DNA from: Alphaproteobacteria bacterium
GTDB taxonomy: Bacteria; Pseudomonadota; Alphaproteobacteria; GCA-2731375
NCBI GenBank assembly: GCA_046582595.1
Contig: JAYGEB010000256.1
Coordinates: forward strand, 1-41,048
Reading direction: 5' to 3'
DNA length: 41,048 nucleotides
Shown here: one piece after another, positions 38,154-41,048 of the stretch
Layout: each line of letters begins with the position of its first letter
Position numbering within the stretch: the first letter of the stretch is position 1
The notes under the pieces: generated by a model
The model's input: the letters and a program-made list of their open reading frames with translations, nothing else
What the model was told of the DNA's origin: nothing
The model's database searches: none
Translations under genes and position numbers: made by a program

Positions 38154-39317
38154 CTATTTCCCTTTGCTTTCCAGCAGGGCCAAGAAGAGATCTTCGACCC
38201 GCGCCGCGTTGTCATCCCAGGTAAAGCCACGGTCATGAACCGTCTTCATGGCGCCTCGGCCGAGGGACTGGCGCAGCCCAGGGTCGGCGACCAGCGTTCG
38301 AATGGCGGCCGTGAAGGCATCGTTGTCGGAAGGCTCGAACAACAAAGAGTCCCGTCCGTCCGTCAGCACCTCACGGATATTGCGTTGATTTGGCGCGACG
38401 ATGGCCCGGCCGAGCGCCATGTATTCAAATAGCTTCAATGGCGAGGCATATTCCGTCACCTGCGGCTGCAGCGCAATATCGAAGGCGGCGACATAGCCGG
38501 CAACGTCATCCCGGCCGATGATCCCGGTGACCGTGACTTGATTGGCAATGTGGCGGGCGGCGGCATGGGCTTCCAAGGCGGCCCGTGCCGGTCCGTCGCC
38601 GACCACGAGGAAGTGCAATTCCGCCCGGTTCGGCGCATCCGCCATGACATCGACCACCCGTTCCAGGCCGTGCCAGTCGCGCATGAAGCCGGTGAAGCCC
38701 AAAATCGTCTTGCCAATCAGCTTCAAGTCTCCACGCACCTTGGCGCCGTCGTTGTCCCCATCAAATCGATCCAGGTTGATGCCGTTGGGAATAACCTGGA
38801 TTTGCACCGCTTCCAGACCGGCGGCGCGCAAATGATCGGCCAGGCAATTGGTCACCGGCAAGGCATGATCCGCCGCCCGCCAGGCCGTGCGTTCGGTCCA
38901 GGCGGCTAAAGTTTCCAGGGCAACGCCGTCGGATTTCTGTCTCTCCTGCAAAAGTGGTGAGTTGACCTCCAACAGAAAGGGTAGACCATGGCGTCTGGCC
39001 AGCCGCACGCCGGCGAGCAGGAATAGATTATAGCGTTCATACAGTACGTCCGGGCGATGCCGCGTCACGGCTGCTTTCAGGCGGCGATAGGCGAGCACGC
39101 CGTAGCCAAATTCCAGCAACTCATAGAAGGCCTGGGGCAAGTATGATTTCAACAGACCGACAATCCCGGCATCGGATCCGAACGCGGCCTCTTGCATGAC
39201 CGGCGGGGCGACAACGATGATTTCATGTCCCCGGCGGCGCAGGGCGGCGATCAATTCCTCAATATGAACATTCTGCCCGTCTTTGGAGCGGGTACGATGG
39301 TGGTAAAGAATTTTCAT
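38154..39317 (-). CDS. glycosyltransferase family 4 (GT-B fold)
   Basis: MKILYHHRTRSKDGQNVHIEELIAALRRRGHEIIVVAPP N-terminus and C-terminal E(x7)E-type region YASPLKLFEYMALGRAIVAP. ATG 39317 gives 387 aa. Confidence 0.85.
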   Translation of the reverse strand: MKILYHHRTRSKDGQNVHIEELIAALRRRGHEIIVVAPPVMQEAAFGSDAGIVGLLKSYLPQAFYELLEFGYGVLAYRRLKAAVTRHRPDVLYERYNLFLLAGVRLARRHGLPFLLEVNSPLLQERQKSDGVALETLAAWTERTAWRAADHALPVTNCLADHLRAAGLEAVQIQVIPNGINLDRFDGDNDGAKVRGDLKLIGKTILGFTGFMRDWHGLERVVDVMADAPNRAELHFLVVGDGPARAALEAHAAARHIANQVTVTGIIGRDDVAGYVAAFDIALQPQVTEYASPLKLFEYMALGRAIVAPNQRNIREVLTDGRDSLLFEPSDNDAFTAAIRTLVADPGLRQSLGRGAMKTVHDRGFTWDDNAARVEDLFLALLESKGK

Positions 39318-39414
39318 ATACTTATCGGGTTGCCGCCCAAGTGTCCGGATCGCCGCCAAGGCGTGCCGCGATAGTAGCCAGAACGCCGGTTCCAGGAAAG
39401 GCTGGAACGAACGG

Positions 39415-40676
39415 TCAGCGAGAAAATGCAAGGCGGTGGTTCAATAGAATGGCAAACGAATAAGCCACGAAAAAGCCCCCCACGATACCTAGCCCATTGA
39501 ATACAAGATCCATCCATTCGGCGTCGCGGGTAATGATGAAACTTTGCAGCGCCTCGGACGCGGCGGCGAACAGGCAGAGGGCCAGGATGACCCGGATCGG
39601 GTGCGGGCGGCCGTATGTCATGAAGGCAAGGCCGCTCAGCACGATATATGCCGCCAGATGGCCCAAATGTTCCGCGCTCGCGGCTTGCGTGAACACCGGG
39701 CCTGGCGGCGCGGCGGGCTTATGGGTACGGACCCGCGCTTTCCCGGCGGTGGCCGTCTTCGAGGCGGCGGCGGCGCCGTTTGCCGCATCGCGGCCGGCCG
39801 GCCGGTCTGGTCCGGACCCCGAAATTGGCGGCCCCGATTGGGGCGCTTCTTCAGGCATGAATTTTCGCACGGCGGTTCGCACTGTATTTTGAACAGCCGC
39901 GAGGGCATGGGACGAAAAATGCTGGGCCGGGCCGATCATTTGTCCCAGCAGTGGCTGCGGCGTCATGGCGCCGGCCACGATGGCCAGGCCGGCGAGCAGC
40001 ACCAGCGCGCGCCCTGGCGTTATCAGGCGCCGCCGCAACAGGGGGGTCAGACAAAAAATGGCGGCCATGGGCCAGCTCGCCAGCAAGGCCCGGCCCAACC
40101 ATTTCGACAGGTCGGATTCGATGACCGCCGTGGCGGTGATATTGCGGATCGCCATGGCCCCCCGTTCGGCGCCCATGAACGCGACCAGGCGCATGGATCC
40201 GGCCGCCTCCGGCACCGGCAGGACCCGCTCGGCCGCCCGCCAGCCGGAACCGCCCGACAGCCTAGCGATATCGTGGGGCCAATAGCGCAATTTGGCCCCT
40301 CCGGGCGAAAAACTCTCCAGGGTCAGGACGGCCCGCTGGGACGGTTTTGGGCCTGGGCGCAGACCGTCGAGGCGAATTTCGGCGCGAATGCGGAAAAATT
40401 CAAAGTCGGCGAAGTTCCGAATCGGCTGTAGGACATAGGGTAATACGCCGCCGGCCCCGTCCCGCCGCAGAACGGCGCCATGCTGCACCCGGTCGATCGC
40501 CACCTGGCCGCCGCGGGGCCGGTACCAGAATTTTCCCCTTGGGAGAAATCGGCGTTGCGCAGAACTTCGCCATCGACCGCCTGGAAGCGCCAAGCCCCCT
40601 GTTGATAGGTAACGGATAAGGCCGCCAGGACCAAAACCAGCAGGACGCGGATGCCAAAGGCATCAAGGGCCTTCAA
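39415..40676 (-). pseudogene. membrane protein: TM - beta-sandwich (CBM-like) ectodomain - 2 TM - Pro/Ala linker - VanZ-like domain; frameshifted
   Basis: TTG 40676 gives MKALDAFGIRVLLVLVLAALSVTYQQGAWRFQAVDGEVLRNADFSQG. The protein then continues in the adjacent frame as KFWYRPRGGQVAIDRV... down to the VanZ-like C-terminus (LAAYIVLSGLAF...SEALQSFIITRDAEWMDLVFNGLGIV). The switch is at T4C4 40531-40538. The span is 1262 nt (3n+2). Confidence 0.65.
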
Positions 40677-41048
40677 CGGGCGACCCGCCGGTTCCGCCTT
40701 TGCCGAATGGCGACAGCCAGGGCCTGGGCGACCTCGCGGTCGCGGGCCGATGGCCTGCGTGGGGCCAGGGCGGCGGTACGCAAACGGCGCAAGATCTGCA
40801 GGCCATTCCCGCCGGTCCCTATATTCTTGGGCAGGCGAAAGGTAACGTGGCCGGAGATCGCATAGCGCCGCCCATCCGGGCCGGCGACGAAATCGAACAC
40901 CGGCAACGCGGTGTAGGGCCGGCCCGTTCGGTAATGGGCCGCCTCGTGGCGGCGCACGTCCCCATTACGGCTCTTGAGCCAACGCAGGATCCGGACCTGT
41001 TGCCGGGTCAAACCGGCGCCGTTCGTCGGCAGGCCGGGGCGGCGGTTG
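40673..41048 (-). CDS. SprA-related putative metalloprotease, partial (continues beyond right edge)
   Basis: VRRHEAAH...FDFVAGPDGRRYAISGHV...LRTAALAPRRPSARDREVA matches the SprA-related pattern (VRxHExAH, GPDGxxYA, AALAPxxPSxxD). The frame is open to position 41048. Its TGA stop overlaps the TTG start of the next gene. Confidence 0.7.
   Translation of the reverse strand, partial: NRRPGLPTNGAGLTRQQVRILRWLKSRNGDVRRHEAAHYRTGRPYTALPVFDFVAGPDGRRYAISGHVTFRLPKNIGTGGNGLQILRRLRTAALAPRRPSARDREVAQALAVAIRQRRNRRVAR

Overview
41-kb high-GC (about 60-65% by eye) chromosomal segment with alphaproteobacterial, Rhodospirillales-like gene content and synteny.
Left third: TauE/LysR pair, Xi-class GST, a damaged three-gene MacAB-type efflux operon, a PPOX-family protein, a methylmalonyl-CoA mutase operon and a VOC protein.
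Middle: the SUV3-like helicase / S4 (Hsp15-like) / fdxA / carD block, interrupted by a secreted protein + TerB pair. Then dienelactone hydrolase, an orphan DnaB-C-terminal-domain ATPase 10 nt downstream of tldD, and the full aa3 cytochrome c oxidase cluster coxB-ctaD-ctaB-(small ORF)-ctaG-ctaE-DUF983-SURF1. This is followed by M32 carboxypeptidase, thrC, M16 peptidase and GNAT.
Right quarter (from ~32.1 kb, after a truncated DUF167 gene) looks accessory: PAS-GGDEF(degenerate)-EAL, two tandem polysaccharide-deacetylase paralogs, SMP-30/gluconolactonase, family III CoA-transferase, GT4 glycosyltransferase, a CBM-like/VanZ membrane protein and a SprA-related putative metalloprotease.
No rRNA, tRNA, CRISPR, integrase or transposase was recognised.
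Most notable signals outside ordinary gene calls: (i) a family of structured palindromic intergenic repeats (TAGAGCA...TGCTCT termini, two hairpin modules with compensatory stem changes) at four loci, three of which supply the TAG stop codon of the upstream gene; (ii) a 116-bp, ~22% GC island with helically phased direct repeats between convergent genes; (iii) five to six frame disruptions at short homopolymers, either assembly indels or real gene decay.
The long antisense ORFs in the track are treated as high-GC artefacts.
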